Position numbers and translations under genes: made by a program. Positions 24,818 through 39,002 of a DNA stretch of 64,000 nt are shown here, piece after piece (position 1 is the first letter of the stretch; each line of letters opens with the position of its first letter). Location: NCBI RefSeq assembly GCF_009914755.1, contig NC_060948.1. One strand, 5' to 3'. The DNA comes from the human T2T-CHM13v2.0 reference genome, Homo sapiens. The notes under the pieces were generated by a model. The model saw only the letters and a program-made list of their open reading frames with translations, ran no database searches and was not told the origin of the DNA.

Positions 24818-27800
24818 TGGAATGGTCTAGTATGCAATGCAATCGACTGGCAGGGAATCAAAAGGAATGTAATCGAATGGATTGGACTGGAATGCAATGG
24901 ACTCGAATAGATTGGAAACGGAATGCAAAGGAATGGAATGGAATAGTATGGAATGGAATGGAAAGGAATGGAGTGGAATAGACTAGAGTGGAATGGAATG
25001 GACTCGAAAGCAATGGACTGGAATGGAACTTTCTTGAATGGACTGGAATCAAACGGAATGGAATGCAATGCAATCAAATGGCATGGAATAAGATAGAATG
25101 AAAGAGAATCAAATGGAATTGAATGGAATGGAATCGAATGGATTGGAAAGGAATAGAATGGAATGGAATGGAATTGACTCAAATGGAATGGACTAGAATG
25201 GAATGGATTCGAATGGAAGGCAAAGGAATGGAATCTATTGGAATGGACTGTAATGGAATGCAATGAAAGGGATTGGAATGGACTCGAATGGAATGGACTG
25301 CAATAGAAAGGATTCGAATGGAATGAAAAAGAATTAAATGGAATAGAACAGAATGGAATCAAATCGAATGAAATGGAATGGAATAGAAAGGAATGGAATG
25401 AAATGGAATGGAAAGGATTCGAATGGAATGCAATCAAATGGAATGGAATCGAACGGAATGGAATAAAATGGAAGAAAACTGGCAAGAAATGGAATCGAAA
25501 TGAATGGAGTGTTATGGAATGGACTCAAAAGGAATTGAATGTAATAGAATGGAGTGGAGTGGACTCGAGTATAATGGACTGGAATGGAATGAAATCACAC
25601 GGAATGGGAACGAATGGAATGGAATGGAAAGGAATGGAATCGAATGGAAAGGAATCGAATGGAAGGGAATGAAATTGAATCAACAGGAATGGAAGGGAAT
25701 AGAATAGACGGTAATGGAATGGACTCGAATAGAATGGACACGAATGCTCAAATTGAATGGACTCGAATGGAATGGAAAGGAAAGGAATGTCATCGAATGG
25801 AATTGAATCGATTGGAATGATATCGCATAGAATGGAGTAGAATCAAATGGAATTGAATCGAAAAGAAAGGAAGCGAATGGACTGAAATGAAATGGAATGG
25901 AATTGAATGGAAAGTAATGCAATGGAATAGAATGGAACGAAATTTCACGGAATGGAATCAAACTGAATGGAATCAAATCAATAGAATCAAATCAAATGGA
26001 ATGGAAAGGAATTGAATGGAGTAGATTGGATTGGATGGGATTGGAATGAAATGTACTGGAAAGGACTCGAATTTCATGAAACGGAATGGAATGAATTGGA
26101 ACGGAATGGACTCGAATGGAATGGAATGTCATGGAATGGAATCAAATGGAATGGCATCAAATGGAATGGAATCGAATGCAATGGAATGCTATGGAATGGA
26201 ATGGAATGCATTGGAATGGAATGTCCTCTAATGGAATGGATTCGAGTGGAATGGAATCGAATATAATGGAATCGAATGAAATGGAATTAAAAGAATGGGA
26301 TCGAATACAATGGAATATACTGGAATGTAATGTAATGAACTCGAATGTAATTGACTGGAATGGAATGTACATGAATGGAATGTAATCGAATGGAAAGTAA
26401 TCCAATGGAATAGAATCTAATGCAATAAAATCGACTCAGATAGAGTAGAATGTAATGGAATGGAGTGCAGTGCAATGGAATGGAATGGAATGCAATGGAA
26501 TGGAATGGAATGGAATGGGATGGGATGGAATGGTATGGAATGGATAGTAATGGACTGGAAAGGAATGGACTCAAATTGAAAGGGCTCGAAAGGAATGGAG
26601 ACAAATGGAATGGTCTGGAATGGAATGAACACGAATGTAATGCAATCCAATAGAATGGAGTCGAATGGCAGGGAATATAAAGAAATGGAATCGAAGAGAA
26701 TGGAAACAAATGGAATGGAATTGAATGGAATGGAATTGAATGGAATGGGAACGAATGGAGTGAAATTGTATGCAGTAGAAGAGAATAGAATGGAATGCAA
26801 GCGAAAGGAAAGGAATGGATTGGAATGGAATGGAATTCATTGGAATGGAAGGGAATGTAGTGTAATGGACAGGCCTGGAATAAAGTGGAATGCTACGGTC
26901 TTGAATGGAATAAAAACGTATGGAATGGAATGCAATGAAACGGAATCGAATGTCATAGAATGTAATGCAATGCAAAAAAATGGAATCCAAAATCATTGAC
27001 TGGAAAGTCTGGGTGTCGAAAGGAATTGACTCCAATGGAATGGAATCGAATGGAATGGAAGTGAATAGAATCAAACTAAATCGAATGGAATGGAATTGAT
27101 AGGAACGGAATGGAAAGGAATGCAATGATTTGGCATGGAATGGAATCGAATGTCTTCAAATGGAATGGAATGGAATGCAATGGAATGGAATGTATTAGAA
27201 TGTAATGAACTTTAATGGAATATACTCGAATGGATTCGACTGGAATGGAATGTTCTGGAAGTGAATGGACTCCAATGGAATGGATTCAAAAGGAATGGAA
27301 TCGTACGGAATGGAATCTAATGGAATGGAATTAAATGGAAATGAATCAAATTGAATAGCATGGAATTGAATTGAATGGAATGGAATGCAATGGAATCTAA
27401 TGAAACGGAAAGGAAAGGAATGCAATGGAATGGAATGGGCTGGAATGGAAAGGAATCGAAACGAATGGAATGGAATCGAACTGAAGAGACTGGAATGGAA
27501 AGCACTGGAATGGAAGGGAGTGTAATGTAAGGTTCTCGAAAAAAATGGAATCGAATGGAATGCAATTGAATGGAACGGAATAGAGTCGAATGCAATTGAA
27601 TGGAATGGAATGGACTAGAGTGAAATGGAATCGAACCACAAGGAATGGACAGGAATAGAATGGTCTCGAATTGAATGGAATCGTATGGAATGGCATCAAA
27701 CGGAATGGAATGGACAGCCACGGAATGGAATGCACTCGAATGCAATGGAGTCGAAACTAATGGACTGGAATAGAATAGACTCGACTGGTAAGGACTCCAA

Positions 27801-28340
27801 TGGAATGGAATCGAATGGAAGGGAAACGAACGGAATGGACTCGAAGGGAAAAGACTGCAATGGAAAGGTCTCGAATGGAATGGAAATTAATGGAATGGAA
27901 TGGAATCGAATGAAATGGAGGCAAAAGGAATGGAATCGAATGGCAAGAAATCGAATGTAATGGAATCGCAAGGAATTGATGTGAACGGAACGGAATGGAA
28001 TGGAATCCAAAGGAATGGAATAGAATGGAATGGAATCGAAAGGAAAGGACTCGAATGGAAATCACTCGAATAGAATGAAATTTAATAAAATAGGATCAAA
28101 TGTAATGGAATGGAATGGAAAGGAATCGAAACGAAAGGAATGGAGACAGATGGAATGGAATGGAACACAGAGCAATGGTATAGAATGGAATGGAATCATC
28201 TGGAATGGAATTGAATGGAATGGAATAATATGAAATGGAATGGAATGAAATGGAATGCCCTTGAATTAAATGGACTGGAATGGAATGGACTCCAACAGAG
28301 TGGAATGGAAAGTGTTGAGATAGAATGGAATGGACTCCTT
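24818..28340 (+). repeat. DYZ1 unit 8 (3523 bp, shortest)
   Basis: Landmark spacing. 1-bp deletion near 26288 and 15-bp deletion near 26555. Confidence 0.9.
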
Positions 28341-31300
28341 TGGAATGGTCTAGTATGCAATGCAATCGACTGGCAGGGAATCAAAAGGAATGTAATCGAA
28401 TGGATTGGACTGGAATGCAATGGACTCGAATAGATTGGAAACGGAATGCAAAGGAATGGAATGGAATAGTATGGAATGGAATGGAAAGGAATGGAGTGGA
28501 ATAGACTAGAGTGGAATGGAATGGACTCGAAAGCAATGGACTGGAATGGAACTTTCTTGAATGGACTGGAATCAAACGGAATGGAATGCAATGCAATCAA
28601 ATGACATGGAATAAGATAGAATGAAAGAGAATCAAATGGAATTGAATCGAATGGAATCGAATGGATTGGAAAGGAATAGAATGGAATGGAATGGAATTGA
28701 CTCAAATGGAATGGACTAGAATGGAATGGATTCGAATGGAAGGCAAAGGAATGGAATCTATTGGAATGGACTGTAATGGAATGCAATGGAAGGGATTGGA
28801 ATGGACTCGAATGGAATGGACTGCAATAGAAAGGATTCGAATGGAATGAAAAAGAATTGAATGGAATAGAACAGAATGGAATCGAATCGAATGAAATGGA
28901 ATGGAATAGAAAGGAATGGAATGAAATGGAATGGAAAGGATTCGAATGGAATGCAATCGAATGGAATGGAATCGAACGGAATGGAATAAAATGGAAGAAA
29001 ACTGGCAAGAAATGGAATCGAAATGAATGGAGTGTTATGGAACGGACTCAAAAGGAATTGAATGTAATAGAATGGAGTGGAGTGGACTCGAATATAATGG
29101 ACTGGAATGGAATGAAATCACATGGAATGGGAACGAATGGAATGGAATGGAAAGGAATGGAATCGAATGGAAAGGAATCGAATGGAAGGGAATGAAATTG
29201 AATCAACAGGAATGGAAGGGAATAGAATAGACGGTAATGGAATGGACTCGAATAGAATGGACACGAATGCTCAAATTGAATGGACTCGAATGGAATGGAA
29301 ACGAAAGGAATGTCATCGAATGGAATTGAATCGATTGGAATGAAATCACATAGAATGGAGTGGAATCAAATGGAATTGAATCGAAAGGAAAGGAAGCGAA
29401 TGGACTGAAATGAAATGGAATGGAATTGAATGGAAAGTAATGCAATGGAATAGAATGGAACGAAATTTCACGGAACGGAATCAAACTGAATGGAATCAAA
29501 TCAATGGATTCTAATCAAATGGAATGGAAAGGAATTGAAGGGAGTAGATTGGATTGGATGGGATTGGAATGAAATGTACTGGAAAGGACTCGAATTTCAT
29601 GAAACGGAATGGAATGAATTGGAACGGAAGGGACTCGAATGGAATGGAATGTCATGGAATGGCATCAAATGGAATGGCATCAAATGGAATGGAATCGAAT
29701 GCAATGGAATGTTATGGAATGGAATGGAATGCATTGGAATGGAATGTCCTCTAATGGAATGGATTCGAGTGGAATGGAATCGAATATAATGGAGTCGAAT
29801 GAAATGGAATTGAAAAGAATGGGATCGAATACAATGGAATATACTGGAATGAAATGTAATGAACTCGAATGTAATTGACTGGAATGGAATGTACATGAAT
29901 GGAATGTAATCGAATGGAAAGTAATCCAATGGAATAGAATCTAATGCAATAAAATCGACTCAGATACAGTAGAATGTAATGGAATGGAGTGCAGTGCAAT
30001 GGAATGGAATGGAATGGAATGCAATGGAATGGAATGGAATGGAATGGAATGGGATGGAATGGTATGGAATGGATAGTAATGGACTGGAGTGAAATGGACT
30101 GGAAAGGGATGGACTCAAATTGAAAGGGCTCGAAAGGAATGGAGACAAATGGAATGGTCTGGAATGGAATGAACACGAATGTAATGCAATCCAATAGAAT
30201 GGAGTCGAATGGCAGGGAATATAAAGAAATGGAATCGAAGAGAATGGAAACAAATGGAATGGAATTGAATGGAATGGAATTGAATGGAATGGGAACGAAT
30301 GGAGTGAAATTGTATGCAGTAGAAGAGAATAGAATGGAATGCAAGCGAAAGGAAAGGAATGGATTGGAATGGAATGGAATTCATTGGAATGGAAGGGAAT
30401 GTAGTGTAATGGACAGGCCTGGAATAAAGTGGAATGCTACGGTCTTGAATGGAATAAAAATGTATGGAATGGAATGCAATGAAACGGAATCGAATGTCAT
30501 AGAATGTAATGCAATGCAAAAAAATGGAATCCAAAATCATTGACTGGAAAGTCTGGGTGTCGAAAGGAATTGACTCCAATGGAATGGAATCGAATGGAAT
30601 GGAAGTGAATAGAATCAAACGAAATCGAATGGAATGGAATTGATAGGAACGGAATGGAAAGGAATGCAATGATTTGGCATGGAATGGAATCGAATGTCTT
30701 CAAATGGAATGGAATGGAATGCAATGGAATGGAATGTATTAGAATGTAATGAACTTTAATGGAATATACTCGAATGGATTCGACTGGAATGGAATGTTCT
30801 GGAAGTGAATGGACTCCAATGGAATGGATTCAAAAGGAATGGAATCGTACGGAATGGAATCTAATGGAATGGAATTAAATGGAAATGAATCAAATTGAAT
30901 AGCACGGAATTGAATTGAATGGAATGGAATGCAATGGAATCTAATGAAACGGAAAGGAAAGGAATGCAATGGAATGGAATGGGCTGGAATGGAAAGGAAT
31001 CGAAACGAATGGAATGGAATCGAACTGAAGAGACTGGAATGGAAAGCACTGGAATGGAAGGGAGTGTAATGTAAGGTTCTCGAAAAAAATGGAATCGAAT
31101 GGAATGCAATTGAATGGAACGGAATAGAGTCGAATGGAATTGAATGGAATGGAATGGACTAGAGTGAAATGGAATCGAACCACAAGGAATGGACAGGAAT
31201 AGAATGGTCTCGAATTGAATGGAATCGTATGGAATGGCATCAAACGGAATGGAATGGACAGCCACGGAATGGAATGCACTCGAATGCAATGGAGTCGAAA

Positions 31301-31884
31301 CTAATGGACTGGAATAGAATAGACTCGACTGGTAAGGACTCCAATGGAATGGAATCGAATGGAAGGGAAACGAACGGAATGGACTCGAAGGGAAAAGACT
31401 GCAATGGAAAGGTCTCGAATGGAATGGAAATTAATGGAATGGAATGGAATCGAATGAAATGGAGGCAAAAGGAATGGAATCGAATGGCAAGAAATCGAAT
31501 GTAATGGAATCGCAAGGAATTGATGTGAACGGAACGGAATGGAATGGAATCCAAAGGAATGGAATAGAATGGAATGGAATCGAAAGGAAAGGACTCGAAT
31601 GGAAATCACTCGAATAGAATGAAATTTAATAAAATAGGATCAAATGTAATGGAATGGAATGGAAAGTAATCGAAACGAAAGGAATGGAGACAGATGGAAT
31701 GGAATGGAACACAGAGCAATGGTATAGAATGGAATGGAATCATCTGGAATGGAATTGAATGGAATGGAATAATATGAAATGGAATGGAATGAAATGGAAT
31801 GCCCTTGAATTAAATGGACTGGAATGGAATGGACTCCAACAGAGTGGAATGGAAAGTGTTGAGATAGAATGGAATGGACTCCTT
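28341..31884 (+). repeat. DYZ1 unit 9 (3544 bp)
   Basis: Landmark spacing. Confidence 0.9.
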
Positions 31885-34800
31885 TGGAATGGTCTAGTAT
31901 GCAATGCAATCGACTGGCAGGGAATCAAAAGGAATGTAATCGAATGGATTGGACTGGAATGCAATGGACTCGAATAGATTGGAAACGGAATGCAAAGGAA
32001 TGGAATGGAATAGTATGGAATGGAATGGAAAGGAATGGAGTGGAATAGACTAGAGTGGAATGGAATGGACTCGAAAGCAATGGACTGGAATGGAACTTTC
32101 TTGAATGGACTGGAATCAAACGGAATGGAATGCAATGCAATCAAATGACATGGAATAAGATAGAATGAAAGAGAATCAAATGGAATTAAATCGAATGGAA
32201 TCGAATGGATTGGAAAGGAATAGAATGGAATGGAATGGAATTGACTCAAATGGAATGGACTAGAATGGAATGGATTCGAATGGAAGGCAAAGGAATGGAA
32301 TCTATTGGAATGGACTGTAATGGAATGCAATGGAAGGGATTGGAATGGACTCGAATGGAATGGACTGCAATAGAAAGGATTCGAATGGAATGAAAAAGAA
32401 TTGAATGGAATAGAACAGAATGGAATCAAATCGAATGAAATGGAATGGAATAGAAAGGAATGGAATGAAATGGAATGGAAAGGATTCGAATGGAATGCAA
32501 TCGAATGGAATGGAATCGAACGGAATGGAATAAAATGGAAGAAAACTGGCAAGAAATGGAATCGAAATGAATGGAGTGTTATGGAACGGACTCAAAAGGA
32601 ATTGAATGTAATAGAATGGAGTGGAGTGGACTCGAATATAATGGACTGGAATGGAATGAAATCACATGGAATGGGAACGAATGGAATGGAATGGAAAGGA
32701 ATGGAATCGAATGGAAAGGAATCGAATGGAAGGGAATGAAATTGAATCAACAGGAATGGAAGGGAATAGAATAGACGGTAATGGAATGGACTCGAATAGA
32801 ATGGACACGAATGCTCAAATTGAATGGACTCGAATGGAATGGAAACTAAAGGAATGTCATCGAATGGAATTGAATCGATTGGAATGAAATCACATAGAAT
32901 GGAGTGGAATCAAATGGAATTGAATCGAAAGGAAAGGAAGCGAATGGACTGAAATGAAATGGAATGGAATTGAATGCAAAGTAATGCAATGGAATAGAAT
33001 GGAACGAAATTTCACGGAACGGAATCAAACTGAATGGAATCAAATCAATGGAATCTAATCAAATGGAATGGAAAGGAATTGAATGGAGTAGATTGGATTG
33101 GATGGGATTGGAATGAAATGTACTGGAAAGGACTCGAATTACATGAAACGGAATGGAATGAATTGGAACGGAAGGGACTCGAATGGAATGGAATGTCATG
33201 GAATGGCATCAAATGGAATGGCATCAAATGGAGTGGAATCGAATGCAATGGAATGTTATGGAATGGAATGGAATGCATTGGAATGGAATGTCCTCTAATG
33301 GAATGGATTCGAGTGGAATGGAATCGAATATAATGGAGTCGAATGAAATGGAATTGAAAAGAATGGGATCGAATACAATGGAATATACTGGAATGAAATG
33401 TAATGAACTCGAATGTAATTGACTGGAATGGAATGTACATGAATGGAATGTAATCGAATGGAAAGTAATCCAATGGAATAGAATCTAATGCAATAAAATC
33501 GACTCAGATACAGTAGAATGTAATGGAATGGAGTGCAGTGCAATGGAATGGAATGGAATGGAATGCAATGGAATGGAATGGAATGGAATGGAATGGGATG
33601 GAATGGTATGGAATGGATAGTAATGGACTGGAGTGAAATGGACTGGAAAGGGATGGACTCAAATTGAAAGGGCTCGAAAGGAATGGAGACAAATGGAATG
33701 GTCTGGAATGGAATGAACACGAATGTAATGCAATCCAATAGAATGGAGTCGAATGGCATGGAATATAAAGAAATGGAATCGAAGAGAATGGAAACAAATG
33801 GAATGGAATTGAATGGAATGGAATTGAATGGAATGGGAACGAATGGAGTGAAATTGTATGCAGTAGAAGAGAATAGAATGGAATGCAAGCGAAAGGAAAG
33901 GAATGGATTGGAATGGAATGGAATTCATTGGAATGGAAGGGAATGTAGTGTAATGGACAGGCCAGGAATAAAGTGGAATGCTACGGTCTCGAATGGAATA
34001 AAAATGTATGGAATGGAATGCAATGAAACGGAATCGAATGTCATAGAATGTAATGGAATGCAAAAAAATGGACTCCAAAATCATTGACTGGAAAGGCTGG
34101 GTGTCGAAAGGAATTGACTCCAATGGAATGGAATCGAATGGAATGGAAGTGAATAGAATCAAACTAAATCGAATGGAATGGAATTGATAGGAACGGAATG
34201 GAAAGGAATGCAATGATTTGGCATGGAATGGAACCGAATGGCATCGAATGGAATGGAATGGAATGCAATGGAATGGAATGTATTAGAATGTAATGAACTT
34301 TAATGGAATGTACTCGAATGGATTCGACTGGAATGGAATGTTCTGGAAGTGAATGGACTCCAATGGAATGGATTCAAAAGGAATGGAATTGTACGGAATG
34401 GAATCTAATGGAATGGAATTAAATGGAAATGAATCAAATTGAATAGCACGGAATTGAATTGAATGGAATGGAATGCAATGGAATCTAATGAAACGGAAAG
34501 GAAAGGAATGGAATGGAATGGAATGGGCTGGAATGGAAAGGAATCGAAACGAATGGAATGGAATCGAACTGAAGAGACTGGAATGGAATGCACTGGAATG
34601 GAAGGGAGTGTAATGGAAGGTTCTCGAAAAAAAAGGAATCGAATGGAATGGAATTGAATGGAACGGAATAGAGTCGAATGGAATTGAATGGAATGGAATG
34701 GACTAGAGTGAAATGGAATCGAACCACAAGGAATGGGCAGGAATAGAATGGTCTCGAATTGAATGGAATCGTATGGAATGGCATCAAACGGAATGGAATG

Positions 34801-35433
34801 GACAGCCCCGGAATGGAATGCACTCGAATGCAATGGAGTCGAAACTAATGGACTGGAATAGAATGGACTCGACTGGTACGGACTCCAATGGAATGGAATC
34901 GAATGGAAGGGAATCGAACGGAATGGACTCGAAGGGAAAAGACTGCAATGGAAAGGTCTCGAATGGAATGGAAATTAATGGAATGGAATGGAATCGAATG
35001 AAATGGAGTCAAAAGGAATGGAATCGAAGGGCAAGAAATCGAATGTAATGGAATCGCAAGGAATTGATGTGAACGGAACGGAATGGAATGGAATCCAAAG
35101 GAATGGAATAGAATGGAATGGAATCGAATGGAAAGGACTCGAATGGAAATCACTCGAATAGAATGCAATTTAATAAAATAGGATCAAATGTAATGGAATG
35201 GAATGGAAAGGAATCGAAACGAAAGGAATGGAGACAGATGGAATGGAATGGAACAGAGAGCAATGGTATAGAATGGAATGGAATCATCTGGAATGGAATT
35301 GAATGGAATGGAATAATATGAAATGGAATGGAATGGAATGGAATGGAATGCCCTCGAATTAAATGGACTGGAATGGAATGGACTCGAACAGAGTGGAATG
35401 GAAAGTGTTGAGATAGAATGGAATGGACTCCTT
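31885..35433 (+). repeat. DYZ1 unit 10 (3549 bp)
   Basis: Landmark spacing. AGGCCT>AGGCCA at 33964. Confidence 0.9.
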
Positions 35434-38400
35434 TGGAATGGTGTAGTATGCAATGCAATCGACTGGCAGGGAATCAAAAGGAATGTAATGGAATGGATTG
35501 GACTGGAATGCAATGGACTCGAATAGATTGGAAACGGAATGCAAAGGAATGGAATGGAATAGTATGGAATGGAATGGAAAGGAATGGAGTGGAATAGACT
35601 AGAGTGGAATGGAATGGACTGGAAAACAATGGACTGGAATGGAACTTTCTTGAATGGACTGGAATCAAACGGAATGGAATGCAATGCAATCAAATGGCAT
35701 GGAATAAAATAGAATGAAAGAGAATCAAATGGAATTGAATCGAATGGAATCGAATGGATTGGAAAGGAATAGAATGGAATGGAATGGAATTGACTCAAAT
35801 GGAATGGACTAGAATGGAATGGATTCGAATGGAAGGCAAAGGAATGGAATCTATTGGAATGGACTGTAATGGAATGGAATGGAAGGGATTGGAATGGACT
35901 CGAATGGAATGGACTGCAATAGAAAGGATTCGAATGGAATGAAAAAGAATTGAATGGAATAGAACAGAATGGAATCAAATCGAATGAAATGGAATGGAAT
36001 AGAAAGGAATGGAATGAAATGGAATGGAAAGGATTCGAATGGAATGCAATCGAATGGAATGGAATCGAACGGAATGGAATAAAATGGAAGAAAACTGGCA
36101 AGAAATGGAATCGAAATGAATGGAGTGTTATGGAACGGACTCAAAAGGAATTGAATGTAATAGAATGGAGTGGAGTGGACTCGAATATAATGGACTGGAA
36201 TGGAATAAAATCACATGGAATGGGAACGAATGGAATGGAATGGAAAGGAATGGAATCGAATGGAAAGGAATCGAATGGAAGGGAATGAAATTGAATCAAC
36301 AGGAATGGAAGGGAATAGAATAGACGGTAATGGAATGGACTCGAATAGAATGGACACGAATGCTCAAATTGAATGGACTCGAATGGAATGGAAACGAAAG
36401 GAATGTCATCGAATGGAATTGAATCGATTGGAATGAAATCGCATAGAATGGAGTGGAATCAAATGGAATTGAATCGAAAGGAAAGGAAGCGAATGGACTG
36501 AAATGAAATGGAATGGAATTGAATGGAAAGTAATGCAATGGAATAGAATGGAACGAAATTTCACGGAATGGAATCAAACTGAATGGAATCAAATCAATGG
36601 AATCAAATCAAATGGAATGGAAAGGAATTGAATGGAGTAGATTGGATTGGATGGGATTGGAATGAAATGTACTGGAAAGGACTCGAATTTCATGAAACGG
36701 AATGGAATGAATTGGAACGGAATGGACTCGAAAGGAATGGAATGTCATGGAATGGCATCAAATGGAATGGCATCAAATGGAATGGAATCGAATGCAATGG
36801 AATGCTATGGAATGGAATGGAATGCATTGGAATGGAATGTCCTCTAATGGAATGGATTCGAGTGGAATGGAATCGAATATAATGGAGTCGAATGAAAAGG
36901 AATTGAAAGGAGTGGGATCGAATACAATGGAATATACTGGAATGTAATGTAATGAACTCGAATGTAATTGACTGGAATGGAATGTACATGAATGGAATGT
37001 AATCGAATGGAAAGTAATCCAATGGAATAGAATCTAATGCAATAAAACCGACTCAGATAGAGTAGAATGTAATGGAATGGAGTGCAGTGCAATGGAATGG
37101 AATGGAATGGAATGCAATGGAATGGAATGGAATGGAATGGAATGGAATGGAATGGAATGGAATGGGATGGAATGGGATGGAATGGATAGTAATGGACTGG
37201 AGTGAAATGGACTGGAAAGGAATGGACTCAAATTGAAAGGGCTCGAAAGGAATGGAGTCAAATGGAATGGTCTGGAATGGAATGAACACGAATGTAATGC
37301 AATCCAATAGAATGGAATCGAATGGCATGGAATATAAAGAAATGGAATCGAAGAGAATGGAAACAAATGGAATGGAATTGAATGGAATGGAATTGAATGG
37401 AATGGGAACGAATGGAGTGAAATTGTATGCAGTAGAAGAGAATAGAATGGAATGCAAGCGAAAGGAAAGGAATGGATTGGAATGGAATGGAATTCATTGG
37501 AATGGAAGGGAATGTAGTGTAATGGACAGGCCTGGAATAAAGTGGAATGCTACGGTCTCGAATGGAATAAAAATGTATGGAATGGAATGCAATGAAACGG
37601 AATCGAATGTCATAGAATGTAATGGAATGCAAAAAAATGGAATCCAAAATCATTGACTGGAAAGGCTGGGTGTCGAAAGGAATTGACTCCAATGGAATGG
37701 AATCGAATGGAATGGAAGTGAATAGAATCGAACTAAATCGAATGCAATGGAATTGATAGGAACGGAATGGAAAGGAATGCAATGATTTGGCATGGAATGG
37801 AATCGAATGGTATCGAATGGAATGGAATGGAATGCAATGGAATGGAATGTATTAGAATGTAATGAACTTTAATGGAATGTACTCGAATGGATTCGACTGG
37901 AATGGAATGTTCTGGAAGTGAATGGACTCCAATGGAATGGATTCAAAAGGAATGGAATCGAACGGAATGGAATCTAATGGAATGGAATTAAATGGAAATG
38001 AATCAAATGGAATAGCACGGAATTGAATTGAATGGAATGGAATGCAATGGAATCTAATGAAACGGAAAGGAAAGGAATGGAATGGAATGGAAAGGGCTGG
38101 AATGGAAAGGAATCGAAACGAATGGAATGGAATCGAACTGAAGAGACTGGAATGGAATGCACTGGAATGGAAGGGAGTGTAATGGAAGGTTCTCGAAAAA
38201 AATGGAATCGAATGGAATGGAATTGAATGGAACGGAATAGAGTCGAATGGAATTGAATGGAATGGAATGGACTAGAGTGAAATGGAATCGAACCACAAGG
38301 AATGGACAGGAATAGAATGGTCTCGAATTGAATGGAATCGTATGGAATGGCATCAAACGGAATGGAATGGACAGCCACGGAATGGAATGCACTCGAATGC

Positions 38401-39002
38401 AATGGAGTCGAAACTAATGGACTGGAATAGAATGGACTCGACTGGTACGGACTCCAATGGAATGGAATCGAATGGAAGGGAATCGAACGGAATGGACTCG
38501 AAGGGAAAAGACTGCAATGGAAAGGTCTCGAATGGAATGGAAATTAATGGAATGGAATGGAATCGAATGAAATGGAGTCAAAAGGAATGGAATCGAATGG
38601 CAAGAAATCGAATGTAATGGAATCGCAAGGAATTGATGTGAACGGAACGGAATGGAATGGAATCCAAAGGAATGGAATAGAATGGAATGGAATCGAATGG
38701 AAAGGACTCGAATGGAAATCACTCGAATAGAATGCAATTTAATAAAATAGGATCAAATGTAATGGAATGGAATGGAAAGGAATCGAAACGAAAGGAATGG
38801 AGACAGATGGAATGGAATGGAACAGAGAGCAATGGTATAGAATGGAATGGAATCATCTGGAATGGAATTGAATGGAATGGAATAATATGAAATGGAATGG
38901 AATGGAATGGAATGGAATGCCCTCGAATTAAATGGACTGGAATGGAATGGACTCGAACAGAGTGGAATGGAAAGTGTTGAGATAGAATGGAATGGACTCC
39001 TT
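35434..39002 (+). repeat. DYZ1 unit 11 (3569 bp)
   Basis: Landmark spacing. Confidence 0.9.

Noticed and set aside
26600-33700. Near-identical adjacent units as an assembly artefact
   Set aside because: The copies differ at several positions (e.g. 26916 ACG vs ATG, 27361 CATGG vs CACGG, 31666 GTAAT, 32846 ACTAAA), which argues for real duplication. Read support was not available to check.
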